Assembly: GCA_045863295.1 (NCBI GenBank)
Contig: BTWA01000004.1
Span: 128,001 to 192,000 of the forward strand
DNA from: Candidatus Hydrogenedentota bacterium
GTDB lineage: Bacteria; Hydrogenedentota; Hydrogenedentia; Hydrogenedentales; SLHB01
Direction: 5' to 3'
Length of the DNA: 64,000 bases
Under the pieces are notes generated by a model. That model was not told the DNA's origin. It saw only the letters and a list, made by a program, of their open reading frames with translations, and did not search any database. How positions within the stretch are numbered: position 1 is the first letter of the stretch; each line of letters opens with the position of its first letter. Below are positions 38,178 to 47,401 of the stretch, one piece after another. Both the position numbers and the translations under genes were made by a program.

Positions 38178-39557
38178 TCAGGGCGTAAACTGAATCGCCT
38201 GATTGTTCGGGGTCGGAATCAAGTTGATGCCCGAATTGAAACTCTTGGACTTGACGTCCGAGGTTGTCTTTTGGGTGTTCAGGTAATACGTGCCCGTAAC
38301 GCCCAGGTTGTTGTCGAAAGGCACCACTTCGTCAATGTATTGTTCGACGAACAGGTCGACTTTCGAGATAATCTTCTTGGGCACGTAGACGACGTCAAAC
38401 GGCCGTAAGAGGAGATCGTTCTCGGTCTTGCCTTCTTTCAGGACCAGGTCGAGGTTGGTCTTGAATGTATACGGCTTGCCGTTCGGGTTGCGCCGGATAA
38501 CGACAATGCTGTTCAAGCGGGCGTCGTTGTTCACACCGCCGGCCATCAGGATGGCTTGCAACGCCGAGGGGGCGCCGACCAACGGGTACACGCCGGGAAC
38601 GCCGACTTCGCCACCCACGAAAATGCGGGCGCCGGTCGGCGATACCACATCAACGTGCGTATCCACGGCATTGAACGTCACCTGCGAATACAGGTCGTTC
38701 AGGTTCTGACGCATTTCTTCGACGGTGTATCCGGCGGCCTGAATCTCACCCACCCGCGGGACCGACACGCGCCCATCGGGACGGACGGTGTACGTGCCGT
38801 TCATCCCAGTAAGTTCCGTATTGATGAACGGGAACACGACAAGCGTGACTTCCGGTTCGTTCTTGAGGATCTTGGCCACTTCGGCCTTTACCGCCTCGCC
38901 CGCTTCGCCCACGGTCAGCCCCGCGATGCGCACGTCGGACTTGACGCCGGGAACGCGAATAGCGCCGTCGGGACGTACGATCACGTCGCGGCTGATATTT
39001 TCCAGACGGTCCGGGTTGGAGAAGTCGATGTTTACGGTTATCTGTTCCTGCTCATTCAGGATGCCCGTGCTCTTGTACAAGTTGACGAGCTTGGCTTCCA
39101 GGTCGGCAGGCTTGAGACCGGCGGCCATCACATCGCCAATGCGGGGCATGGTGATGAAGCCGTCGGGCCGTACGGTGCGGTTGGAGTTGAACGTCCAATC
39201 CACCAGGAAGCTGATACCGAGCAGGTCGCCCACGTCAATGACGTAGTCATGGCCGTCGGCCATTTTGCTCAGCACACGGACTTCCATGCGATCGCCAACT
39301 TCAATTTTGTAGTCCCACGGAATTTCGCCTTCGCGGTATTCCTTGATGCGGAACTGCAAATTGAGTTGATCGCCAACATTCACCAGATACGGCAAGTCTT
39401 CGCCGCTATAGTGTTGAATCTCTTCGGGTGTGACGGTCTTATCCGTCCCTTGCGGGTCGAGCATGAGGGTGCTGTCCGTTGTGGCGCAACCCGCCAAAAT
39501 CAACGGGACCAGCAGCCAGGCATGCCGCCTGAGTCGACTGAAGCCCTTCCGTTTCAT
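38178..39557 (-). CDS. Polysaccharide export lipoprotein (Wza-like, repeated Poly_export domains plus SLBB)
   Basis: LAGC lipobox; three VRPDG motifs; VGGEVGVPGVY; LRPFDVVYVP. Confidence 0.9.
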   Translation of the reverse strand: MKRKGFSRLRRHAWLLVPLILAGCATTDSTLMLDPQGTDKTVTPEEIQHYSGEDLPYLVNVGDQLNLQFRIKEYREGEIPWDYKIEVGDRMEVRVLSKMADGHDYVIDVGDLLGISFLVDWTFNSNRTVRPDGFITMPRIGDVMAAGLKPADLEAKLVNLYKSTGILNEQEQITVNIDFSNPDRLENISRDVIVRPDGAIRVPGVKSDVRIAGLTVGEAGEAVKAEVAKILKNEPEVTLVVFPFINTELTGMNGTYTVRPDGRVSVPRVGEIQAAGYTVEEMRQNLNDLYSQVTFNAVDTHVDVVSPTGARIFVGGEVGVPGVYPLVGAPSALQAILMAGGVNNDARLNSIVVIRRNPNGKPYTFKTNLDLVLKEGKTENDLLLRPFDVVYVPKKIISKVDLFVEQYIDEVVPFDNNLGVTGTYYLNTQKTTSDVKSKSFNSGINLIPTPNNQAIQFTP

Positions 39558-39620
39558 GTGCACGTGCCTCCTCCTGTATCCAGCGACCATCGGACCAGCC
39601 TGATACGTTTATTCCTTCCG

Positions 39621-40502
39621 CTATCTGCTACCGCTCGATCCCTTGTCACCCGTCCTGTAAACAGGGTTTCGAGCGGCCTCTGTCTGCGTGATATAACGAC
39701 TCGTGAACGCGTCGGTTTTCGACGGTTGTTGCACGAATGGAAACTCTCTGAATCGTTGTTCGGGGTCGGGCAGACCGACACCGTAAGGCTTCGCGGCGAG
39801 CCGCGGCAGGCGCTCCATTTCGTCCTGCCGCATCGTCGCGCCGAGTTCGGGCCGTTCGATGTCCATATCCGGTGCGAACAGCTGCGCGGGCGTGATCTTC
39901 CGGCGTTGGCGTACGTTCGGAATGATACGGAACAAGCCTGAACGGCTCAGCAAGACGCTCTTGTATATTTCCGCAGGCAGCAACTGGCTCTGCTTGAAGA
40001 TGTCGAGCACGAGCGTACTGGCCTTCCACAACGCCGTCGCGTCCTTGGGATCGTCGGTCTCCATCGCAATGCGCTGCACGTGGTACATCACCGCGTCGCG
40101 GACGTCGTCCGCGCTGGCTTCCACCTTGGCGGAGTACGGCGGGAACAGGTCGAGCGATTCAACGGTAATCCGATAGAAATAGCCCGGGTTTTGCAGGTAG
40201 TTTGGCGCGGAGGGCTTGAGCACTTCGGCTTTGACCTGCGCCAAATAACGGACTTCGGTCTTGGGTAATTCCTGGTCGACATCGCCGGTATTGGCGGTAA
40301 AATCGGGCCCCCATTTGCGTTCGCGGGAGGTAATTCCAATCCGGCAGACATTGTACTTCTGCTCGATAATAAGATGATTCACGCCGTCGTTCAGGGGCAA
40401 GCCGTGAAACACCGCCTGTTGAGCGATCGCGGGGGCCGGAAACACGCAAAGTGCCGCCACGGCGGCGATCGTCACGGTGAGTTGGTTTAGTGCCTTTGCC
40501 AT
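39621..40502 (-). CDS. Hypothetical secreted protein in the polysaccharide operon
   Basis: Signal peptide MAKALNQ...APAIA; TGATG coupling to the upstream gene; GGAG RBS. Confidence 0.75.
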   Translation of the reverse strand: MAKALNQLTVTIAAVAALCVFPAPAIAQQAVFHGLPLNDGVNHLIIEQKYNVCRIGITSRERKWGPDFTANTGDVDQELPKTEVRYLAQVKAEVLKPSAPNYLQNPGYFYRITVESLDLFPPYSAKVEASADDVRDAVMYHVQRIAMETDDPKDATALWKASTLVLDIFKQSQLLPAEIYKSVLLSRSGLFRIIPNVRQRRKITPAQLFAPDMDIERPELGATMRQDEMERLPRLAAKPYGVGLPDPEQRFREFPFVQQPSKTDAFTSRYITQTEAARNPVYRTGDKGSSGSR

Positions 40503-41458
40503 CAGTTCAAATCTCCGTTCGCTCCGGCCGTTAACCGGCCCTGACGGGTAAACACGGTTTCCTGAAAGGCGGAGCCTTCGTCTATCCGCACATCGGCCAT
40601 GACGACGCACCGCTCCAGGGTGACGGGTTTGCTGATGGCCACCCGATCGCCCACGACCGTATCCACCAATTTGACGCCGTCCGCCATGCGGCAATCGGCG
40701 CCGACCATATGCGTAACGTTGAGTTTGCGCAACTGGCGCATCGTGCATTGGATCAAATCCGACGGATACGTGACATTGACGTCCCAATCCACGACCGGCG
40801 CGGCATGCACGGGGTATTCATAATCGATAAGGATCTGAATCGAGTCAGTCAATTCATATTCATCGCGCATGGCGGTGCGTGGCGTGCGGCGAATGGCATC
40901 GAATACCGGCAAATCAAACAGGTATATGCCGCACCCCTTAAGCGTATTCACGACATGGCGCGGCTTTTCGATCACCCTGCGCACGGATCCGTCGTCGCGA
41001 AGCAGAACCGAAAAGTTACGCTTTACGGCGTCGGGATCGCTCTCTTCCTTCACCGCGATAACCGCGGCGGCGCTCTTCTCTTCCATCATCCGGATCATGC
41101 GGCCAAGCTCGCTCACTTCAAAGAAAATGTCGCCGAGCATCAGCATGAACGGCCGTGTCATGTGCCGTTCCAGCAGGCCGACGGCATGCGCAAGGCCGAG
41201 CCGGCGCTCCTGCTCCACATAGTGTATGCGCACGCCGTAACCGGACCCGTCGCCGAGCGTCTGCGTAATGCGGTGGCCGAGATGGCCGATGACGATGTAG
41301 ACATCCTCAATCCCGCAATCGCGCATGTAATCGAGTTGGTAGGCCAGCAAGGGCTTGTTACAGATAGGCACGATGCACTTGGGCGTGGCTTCGCCAAAGG
41401 GGCCCATGCGGGTCCCGTGGCCGGCGGCGAGTATGGCTCCCTGGTAGCGGGTGGTCAT
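40502..41458 (-). CDS. Sugar-phosphate nucleotidyltransferase (RmlA long-form-like)
   Basis: ILAAGHGTRM, PK, Q..RLGLAHAV, LGD, EKP, EYELTD. Confidence 0.92.
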   Translation of the reverse strand: MTTRYQGAILAAGHGTRMGPFGEATPKCIVPICNKPLLAYQLDYMRDCGIEDVYIVIGHLGHRITQTLGDGSGYGVRIHYVEQERRLGLAHAVGLLERHMTRPFMLMLGDIFFEVSELGRMIRMMEEKSAAAVIAVKEESDPDAVKRNFSVLLRDDGSVRRVIEKPRHVVNTLKGCGIYLFDLPVFDAIRRTPRTAMRDEYELTDSIQILIDYEYPVHAAPVVDWDVNVTYPSDLIQCTMRQLRKLNVTHMVGADCRMADGVKLVDTVVGDRVAISKPVTLERCVVMADVRIDEGSAFQETVFTRQGRLTAGANGDLN

Positions 41459-42438
41459 TGGGAATCCACTCCGCTGTAACCGCCGGATCGAATCCAAGCG
41501 ATGGTGTTCTTCAGCCCCTCTTCCAATTGGACCTTGGGCTCCCAGTTGAGCAGCGTCTTGGCCTTGGTGTTGTTGGCCAGCACACGCTTAATCTCGCTCT
41601 TCTTGGGCCGGAACCGCTCGGGATCCGTGACAATTTGAAGATCGACTTCCATCAGCGTGGCGATCATTTGCGCCAATTCGCCAATAGTAACGGCCTGGGG
41701 CGATCCGAAATTCACCACCTCGCCCACCACTCCGTCCTCGACAGACATGCAAAGAAAGGCGTCGACAATATCGTCCGCATACGTGAAATTGCGGGTCGGA
41801 GTCACATCGCCCAGATGGAGTTCGTTGCGGCGCTGCAACTGCTGAATGATCGTCGGGATGACGAGAAAGCGTCCGACACGCGGACCGTAGGCATTAAAGA
41901 TGCGGCAAATGGACACGGGAACGTCGTATGAAAGATAGAAGCTTTCCACCACGGCATCGGCCGCCAGCTTGGAAGCCGTGTACGGATTGTGCGCCGCAAC
42001 GGGATGCGTCTCGTCAATCGGTTCCCCCGATTTGGAAGAACCGTAAACGCCGGCGCTGGAAGTGTGCACCAATCGGCGCACTCCCTCATGCCGGGCCGCG
42101 TTGCAAACGTTCAAGGTTCCGAACACGTTGGTCACTACCGTCTCTTCGGGGTTCGCGTAGGAATAGGCCACGCTGGTGATGGCGGCGAGGTGGAATATCG
42201 TATCCACCCCCACAGCCGCCTCGCGTACGAATGCGCCGTCACGGATGTTGCCACCACACACCTCCAAATTCTTCTTTAAGTTCTCGGGCATCTCGGTCAG
42301 GTAACCGATGCTGCCGCGCATGTTGCCGTGAACCATGCCTCGCACTTCGGCGCCGAGGCTAAGCAACCGTTCGCACAGATGGCTTCCAATGAAGCCTCCG
42401 GCGCCCGTCACCAACACTTTGCGGCCGGTCCATTCCAT
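41455..42438 (-). CDS. NAD-dependent nucleotide-sugar epimerase/dehydratase
   Basis: TGAGGFIGSHL, YTASK, FNAYGPR, TRNFTY. Confidence 0.95.
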   Translation of the reverse strand: MEWTGRKVLVTGAGGFIGSHLCERLLSLGAEVRGMVHGNMRGSIGYLTEMPENLKKNLEVCGGNIRDGAFVREAAVGVDTIFHLAAITSVAYSYANPEETVVTNVFGTLNVCNAARHEGVRRLVHTSSAGVYGSSKSGEPIDETHPVAAHNPYTASKLAADAVVESFYLSYDVPVSICRIFNAYGPRVGRFLVIPTIIQQLQRRNELHLGDVTPTRNFTYADDIVDAFLCMSVEDGVVGEVVNFGSPQAVTIGELAQMIATLMEVDLQIVTDPERFRPKKSEIKRVLANNTKAKTLLNWEPKVQLEEGLKNTIAWIRSGGYSGVDSQ

Positions 42439-42442
42439 GGCG

Positions 42443-43180
42443 TCAGGCCGCCGGCGCCGGTTTCGTCCACAAACCCATCATGTGCGTACAGGTGCCGCGC
42501 AATAACGGTGTGCGCATCTGCACGCGCTCCAAGGCCCGCACGGCAAGGGCCAACGGACCATTGAAAATAAAAAAGGCCCACATGCCGCCAATCATGTCGA
42601 GTCGTTGCCGTTGAAATCCGGCGGCGTGCATCGCGCCGGTGATCGCGGACGGCGTATTGGCGCGGTAATGCGCCGGAAAGGTGTCTTCGTCGTGTCCCCC
42701 AAAGAGGAAACGCTTGAAAAGTTGCTTGAGGCGATAGGGCCACAGACGCGCGATAACGGCGAAGAGGCTGTTCTTGTTCGGGGTCAGAATGGCAACCACG
42801 CCGCCGGGCCTCAACACGCGGCAGAACTCGCGAAAAACCGCGACCGGATCCGTCAAATGTTCGACCACAAATTTGCAAACGATGACGTCAAACGCTTCGT
42901 TGCGGAACGGCAACGCATTCAATACGTTCAGCACCCGGTGGCGAAACAGCGAATTGCCGCGCAAACCCAACTCGTCCGCGTCGCAAGCCACCGACATCGC
43001 GCCGTGATGAATCGAAGGCAAATCAGGATCCCCGCGGCTGGCGCCGGCGTCGAGCACGGACGTGGCAGGACCGATCGCGCCCGCATACAGCGCGTCGAAA
43101 GCACCATTGACATCGTTCACCCAGAGTTTGATCAAGCGGTAACGCCGCTCGCCAATCCGGGACACGACATCCGTGTCCAT
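42443..43180 (-). CDS. Class I SAM-dependent methyltransferase
   Basis: VLDAGASRG, LPFRNEAFD, VEHL, RVLRPGG, DTFPAHYRANT. Confidence 0.88.
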   Translation of the reverse strand: MDTDVVSRIGERRYRLIKLWVNDVNGAFDALYAGAIGPATSVLDAGASRGDPDLPSIHHGAMSVACDADELGLRGNSLFRHRVLNVLNALPFRNEAFDVIVCKFVVEHLTDPVAVFREFCRVLRPGGVVAILTPNKNSLFAVIARLWPYRLKQLFKRFLFGGHDEDTFPAHYRANTPSAITGAMHAAGFQRQRLDMIGGMWAFFIFNGPLALAVRALERVQMRTPLLRGTCTHMMGLWTKPAPAA

Positions 43181-43193
43181 CGCAAGGGATTTC

Positions 43194-44297
43194 TTATCCT
43201 GCGATGAGTTGTGCAAAGAGCCGCTCATAGTCTTCGGTAATCTGATCCCAGTCGTATTCGCGGCGGACCCGTTCCACCGCCTCATGGCCGTACTTGTCCA
43301 CTTCTTCCGGATGATCCACGAGCCACTGAATCTTGTCGCGTAGATCGTGGGTGTCTCTATTCTTGAAGGCGACGCCCGCGTGGGCCACCGCCTCGACGTT
43401 GTACGAGATGTCGCTGACGAGAACGCAGTTGCCCGCACCCATCGCCTCAAGGATGGCGGGGTGCGTGCCCCCCACTTCCATCGCGTTCACATACACATAC
43501 GCGTTGGCCTGCAAGGCCTTGTAGGCGTCGCCGTACAGCGCGCCGGGAAACAAAATCCGCGGGTCCTGCGTGGACTTCAGATCGCGTATGTACTCGTGGG
43601 CGAACGGCGCGCTCCCCACAATGAGCAGTTTCATGTCGGTCCGCACTTCCTCAAAGGCCTTCACGAGAATGTGTGCGTTGTTCTCGGGTTCGAGCCGGCT
43701 GACAAACAAAAAATACTTCCCGGGCTCGACCCCATACTGGGCCACCAACTCGCACCCGCGCCCACGCTCGACAATGTCGGCGCCATACGCGATGTACGTC
43801 GTGTCACGCTTAAACTTCTGCAAGTAGTACTCGCGTATCACCCGCGAGTCGGAAATCAGTACATTGGCCGTCTTGGCCCCCCACCACTCCGCAAACTTGA
43901 AATACCGCTGCGCCCACTTCGACCACTTCGCGCGCTCCCACTCCAGGCCGTCGGTGTTCAACGCCACTTTCACCCCAAAAAGCCGCGCCAGCCACAAAAA
44001 CGTGCTGTTGCCGGAACTGCAGTAGCAGGCGGCCTTTCCGGTTCGAGTCAGCGCCATATGCACGGTCGAAAAGAACGTGTGCGAGATTGAGTCCAGGTGC
44101 TTGGTATGGATGCTAGGCAATGCCACCAGGCGTACCCCACGGTATTCAGTCAGAATCTCGTCATAATTCGTGCTTCGACAGTAAACAGTCACGTCATGGC
44201 CGCGTGCGGCCAGCCGGACCGCGACCTCCTCCACAAACGTCTCAAATCCGCCGTAGTTGGCCGGAATGCCTCGGGTACCCAGAAAAGCCAACTTCAA
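43194..44297 (-). CDS. GT4 glycosyltransferase (DUF1972-type)
   Basis: GTRGIPANYGGFE, DGLEWERAKW, RLEPENN, GGTHPAILEAM; GGAGG RBS with TTG start. Confidence 0.93.
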   Translation of the reverse strand: MKLAFLGTRGIPANYGGFETFVEEVAVRLAARGHDVTVYCRSTNYDEILTEYRGVRLVALPSIHTKHLDSISHTFFSTVHMALTRTGKAACYCSSGNSTFLWLARLFGVKVALNTDGLEWERAKWSKWAQRYFKFAEWWGAKTANVLISDSRVIREYYLQKFKRDTTYIAYGADIVERGRGCELVAQYGVEPGKYFLFVSRLEPENNAHILVKAFEEVRTDMKLLIVGSAPFAHEYIRDLKSTQDPRILFPGALYGDAYKALQANAYVYVNAMEVGGTHPAILEAMGAGNCVLVSDISYNVEAVAHAGVAFKNRDTHDLRDKIQWLVDHPEEVDKYGHEAVERVRREYDWDQITEDYERLFAQLIAG

Positions 44298-44460
44298 GAG
44301 TTGGCCCTCCGGTTCGTTGGGACCCTGCCGGTCGCACTGTCTGGCGTGTGCATACCCCACATCCGGACGCCACTACGCGTGTTCTCGTACCGCCATCGGT
44401 CCGTAGGACGGACGAACCAGAAGGCAATTCGACAATATAGCCTATAAGCCTGAGGCGATT

Positions 44461-44628
44461 ATACAAGATATTGTATTCGAGGTAAAGAAAAATTTTCCCA
44501 TTGTGCCGCAATTCCAGGATTCAGACACTTCCTGACACTTTGGACAGCAAAATCGCTGTCTCCAAGCCACTTATCGGCACTAACTACAACATACTGAAGC
44601 AATAGCTCTTTATGTACACAATATATAT
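44461..44628. promoter_or_regulatory. NrdR-box-like sites upstream of the polysaccharide export operon
   Basis: ATACAAGATATTGTAT palindrome at 44461; weaker pair CAACATACTG (44587) and CAATATATAT (44619), 32 bp apart. Confidence 0.4.
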
Positions 44629-44799
44629 TAAATAAACAAAATAAGCTCTAAACTGGAACGCCCATCTTAAACGCATCCTCCCAAGCCCCTCTTGTGTGTC
44701 CAAATTGTCCGCCCAGACACTCATCTTGTCTCCTACCCAGTCGTCTCCAAACGCCAATGTACGCAGGCGCCCCCAATTCCGCCGCCCTCACCGCCTTTA

Positions 44800-44832
44800 G
44801 TCCTTTTTGTCCTTTTCGTCCCTTCTGTCCTT
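44800..44832. repeat. Short tandem 9-bp repeat (GTCC + pyrimidines, about 4 copies)
   Basis: GTCCTTTTT GTCCTTTTC GTCCCTTCT GTCCTT. Confidence 0.6.
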
Positions 44833-45094
44833 AATTCCTGCCTATCAAAAAGTATTCTCCTCCCCCACCGCCCCGATCACTACCGCCTCAAGCCAAAAAT
44901 GCGCAAGCCCCACGCTCGCAAGATACCTGCTCATCACCGGTGCAACATACCTTTTCTACTTCAACCGTCCCGCACACCCGCCAATTTCATAATTTACCCT
45001 TGTTTTGTTTTTTTGCCCTACATCGCCCAAAGGGCCGTCGCGCTCCAGTGCAACAACACGTGCTAAATGGTAGGGCGGAATACGCGATCGGATC

Positions 45095-46207
45095 TCAAGA
45101 AAGGGCGGACTGGTAGCCAGCGATGGCGGATCGCGCCATGGCTTGAAGCGAATAATGCGATGCCCGTTGAGTTCCCAATGCCTGAAGCTGGGCTCGAAGA
45201 GGCGCGTCGAGAAGTATCTGCTCCAGACCCGCCTCGATGGAGACATCGTCCAGCGGTTCGCAAATAACGGCGGCATCGCCCGCGACTTCTCGAAGCGCTC
45301 GGGTGCTGGAGGTGAGCACGGGAGTGCCGGCGGCCATGGCTTCGAGCACCGGCAAACCGAACCCTTCATAAAGCGAGATGTAGGCAAAGACAGAAGCGCC
45401 TTGGACAAGAGAGATCAGGTGTTCCTGGGCAACATAACCGGTAAAGATCAGCCGGTCGCCAAGGCGAAGCGATTCAATGGAATCGATCACCTCGTCGTAC
45501 AGCCACGTCTTCTTACCGGCAAGGACGAGTGCATGCGGAAGGCTGGGGTGTCTATCGACGACCCGCTTAAAGGCGGCGGCCAGCCGGACAAGGTTCTTCC
45601 GCGGCTGCAGAGCACCCACGTAGAGGACGTAGTCATTGGGTATCCGGTACTCCGATCGGGCGCTCGTAATGGACTCGGGCGAATGCCGCTCGAAGAACGC
45701 GGGATCGACGCCAGGGGACACCACGTCAATTCGATCGAGCGCGGTGCCGTACGTCTCATGGATTTCGTGTTTGATCGCGTGCGTCAGGGCGAATACACGC
45801 GCCGCGCGCCGCAATGTGCCGGGCACGAGCAGCGCAAGCCTTCGACGCATGCCTGGAGTGAACAGATCGGGATGACGTTCCCAACCGACATCGTGCAGGC
45901 TCACAACAAAAGGGCAAGGACACAACGGCGGCGCGTTGTATTGAACATGGATCAAATCGAGGTCCAGGCGCCATGCCGCCCACGGCAGTTCAAACGGAGT
46001 CCGCAAGATGGACGAGTGCAGCCTGAGTGGAAACGTGGGCATGCCCATGACGCAATCGGGGTCACGTCCAATCACGTCGCGTAGCGCAAGCGCCGTGAAA
46101 TCAAATTCCGGTGCAGGCGCCCGAAGTGCCGCAATCAGGGATCGAATGTACGTTTCGTTGCCGCCGGCCCCGGTGCCGATCGCGTGTGCGTCAATGCCGA
46201 TGCGCAT
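45095..46207 (-). CDS. GT4 glycosyltransferase (mannosyltransferase-like)
   Basis: MRIGIDA, VGALQPRKN, SLYEGFGLPVLEAMAAG. Confidence 0.95.
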   Translation of the reverse strand: MRIGIDAHAIGTGAGGNETYIRSLIAALRAPAPEFDFTALALRDVIGRDPDCVMGMPTFPLRLHSSILRTPFELPWAAWRLDLDLIHVQYNAPPLCPCPFVVSLHDVGWERHPDLFTPGMRRRLALLVPGTLRRAARVFALTHAIKHEIHETYGTALDRIDVVSPGVDPAFFERHSPESITSARSEYRIPNDYVLYVGALQPRKNLVRLAAAFKRVVDRHPSLPHALVLAGKKTWLYDEVIDSIESLRLGDRLIFTGYVAQEHLISLVQGASVFAYISLYEGFGLPVLEAMAAGTPVLTSSTRALREVAGDAAVICEPLDDVSIEAGLEQILLDAPLRAQLQALGTQRASHYSLQAMARSAIAGYQSALS

Positions 46208-46243
46208 GTGGACCCTGTTTCCATAGGCCGCGGGAAACCCGCG

Positions 46244-47401
46244 TTACTGACTCCGGTAAGAGGCAAGGGCCGCCCCGTACGTGTGATCGACCTGTTGAAT
46301 CATACGATCGAGTGAGAAATGCGTTTCAATACGCCGGCGCGCGGCGTCGCCCATTTCCCGGCGGCGGGCCGGATCGGCCGCAAGCCTCTCAATGGCCGCG
46401 GCGATGGCCAAGGCGTCTCCGGGCGGTGTGAGCACACCAGTCACGCCGGGCTCGATGGTCTCGCGGGATCCGCCAATATCAGAGGCGATGATGGGCAATC
46501 CCGCGGCTTCGGCTTCGAGGATGGCCGTCGGCAGCCCCTCCTGCTGCACCGAGGGTTGGGCGAAGAGGTCCATCGCGGCAAGAGCATCCGGCAGGTGCTG
46601 CACCCATCCGGGAAAGACAACTCGATGTTCTAGTCCCAGTTCCCGGGCTTGGGCTTGCAAGTCCGCGCGAACAGGTCCGTCGCCGATGATGAGAAGGTAC
46701 ACGTTGGGATGCGCGCCCTGCACGTGATGCACGGCATCGATCAAGTGCGTGTGGCCTTTTTCAATGGACACGCGGCTGACTGTGCCGACGACGCAGGCGT
46801 CTTCGGGGATGCCAAGCGACGCACGGAATTCGTTTCGCGATCCATTCGATTCGAGCGCCTTGATGCCAAGACCGGTGTGAATAACATGAATGCGCTCCGG
46901 CCGGGTGGGCCCTTTCAGAATCCGGCGCTTCATGTGATCGGATACGGTAATGACCGCATCCAGATTGGGCAATGCAAAATCGCGTTCTATCCATTGATAG
47001 ACGAAGCGGCGAAACGGAAACAAGCCGTCCCACCAGCCATACGCGCTGGCGACGCAGGCGCAAGACCATCGTTGGCGTCCGATGCCAAGAATGGTGTTGG
47101 ATTGAGGATCGTGTGCGTGTACAAGATCGATCTTGTAGCGGTCGATGAGATCGGCGATCGTGTTTCGCGCGCGATTCCAGTTTCCACGGGATTTCCACGG
47201 AATGCGTTCCGGGGCGACGTCCAGGCCGCGGGCGCGGGCTTGTGCTATGAACTGGTGATCGCCGTCGGTGTGGGCGTCGTAGGGCACACAGATGATGTTG
47301 TACCGGTCCTTGGGCATGTGCTCCATCAGCAGGAGCAGAATGGAATGCGATCCGCCGAATGCCCAGCAGCGGATAAGATAAAGAACATTCAACCGATCCA
47401 C
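46244..47401 (-). CDS. GT4 glycosyltransferase
   Basis: VSRVSIEKG, IGDGP, EGLPTAILEA, SDIGG; TAGTG coupling to the upstream gene. Confidence 0.93.
   Translation of the reverse strand: MDRLNVLYLIRCWAFGGSHSILLLLMEHMPKDRYNIICVPYDAHTDGDHQFIAQARARGLDVAPERIPWKSRGNWNRARNTIADLIDRYKIDLVHAHDPQSNTILGIGRQRWSCACVASAYGWWDGLFPFRRFVYQWIERDFALPNLDAVITVSDHMKRRILKGPTRPERIHVIHTGLGIKALESNGSRNEFRASLGIPEDACVVGTVSRVSIEKGHTHLIDAVHHVQGAHPNVYLLIIGDGPVRADLQAQARELGLEHRVVFPGWVQHLPDALAAMDLFAQPSVQQEGLPTAILEAEAAGLPIIASDIGGSRETIEPGVTGVLTPPGDALAIAAAIERLAADPARRREMGDAARRRIETHFSLDRMIQQVDHTYGAALASYRSQ

Noticed and set aside
44880..44887. GGCGGTAG ops-like element upstream of the polysaccharide operon
   Set aside because: 8-bp match only, about 580 bp from the first gene and without the downstream TG; no RfaH/NusG paralog is seen.
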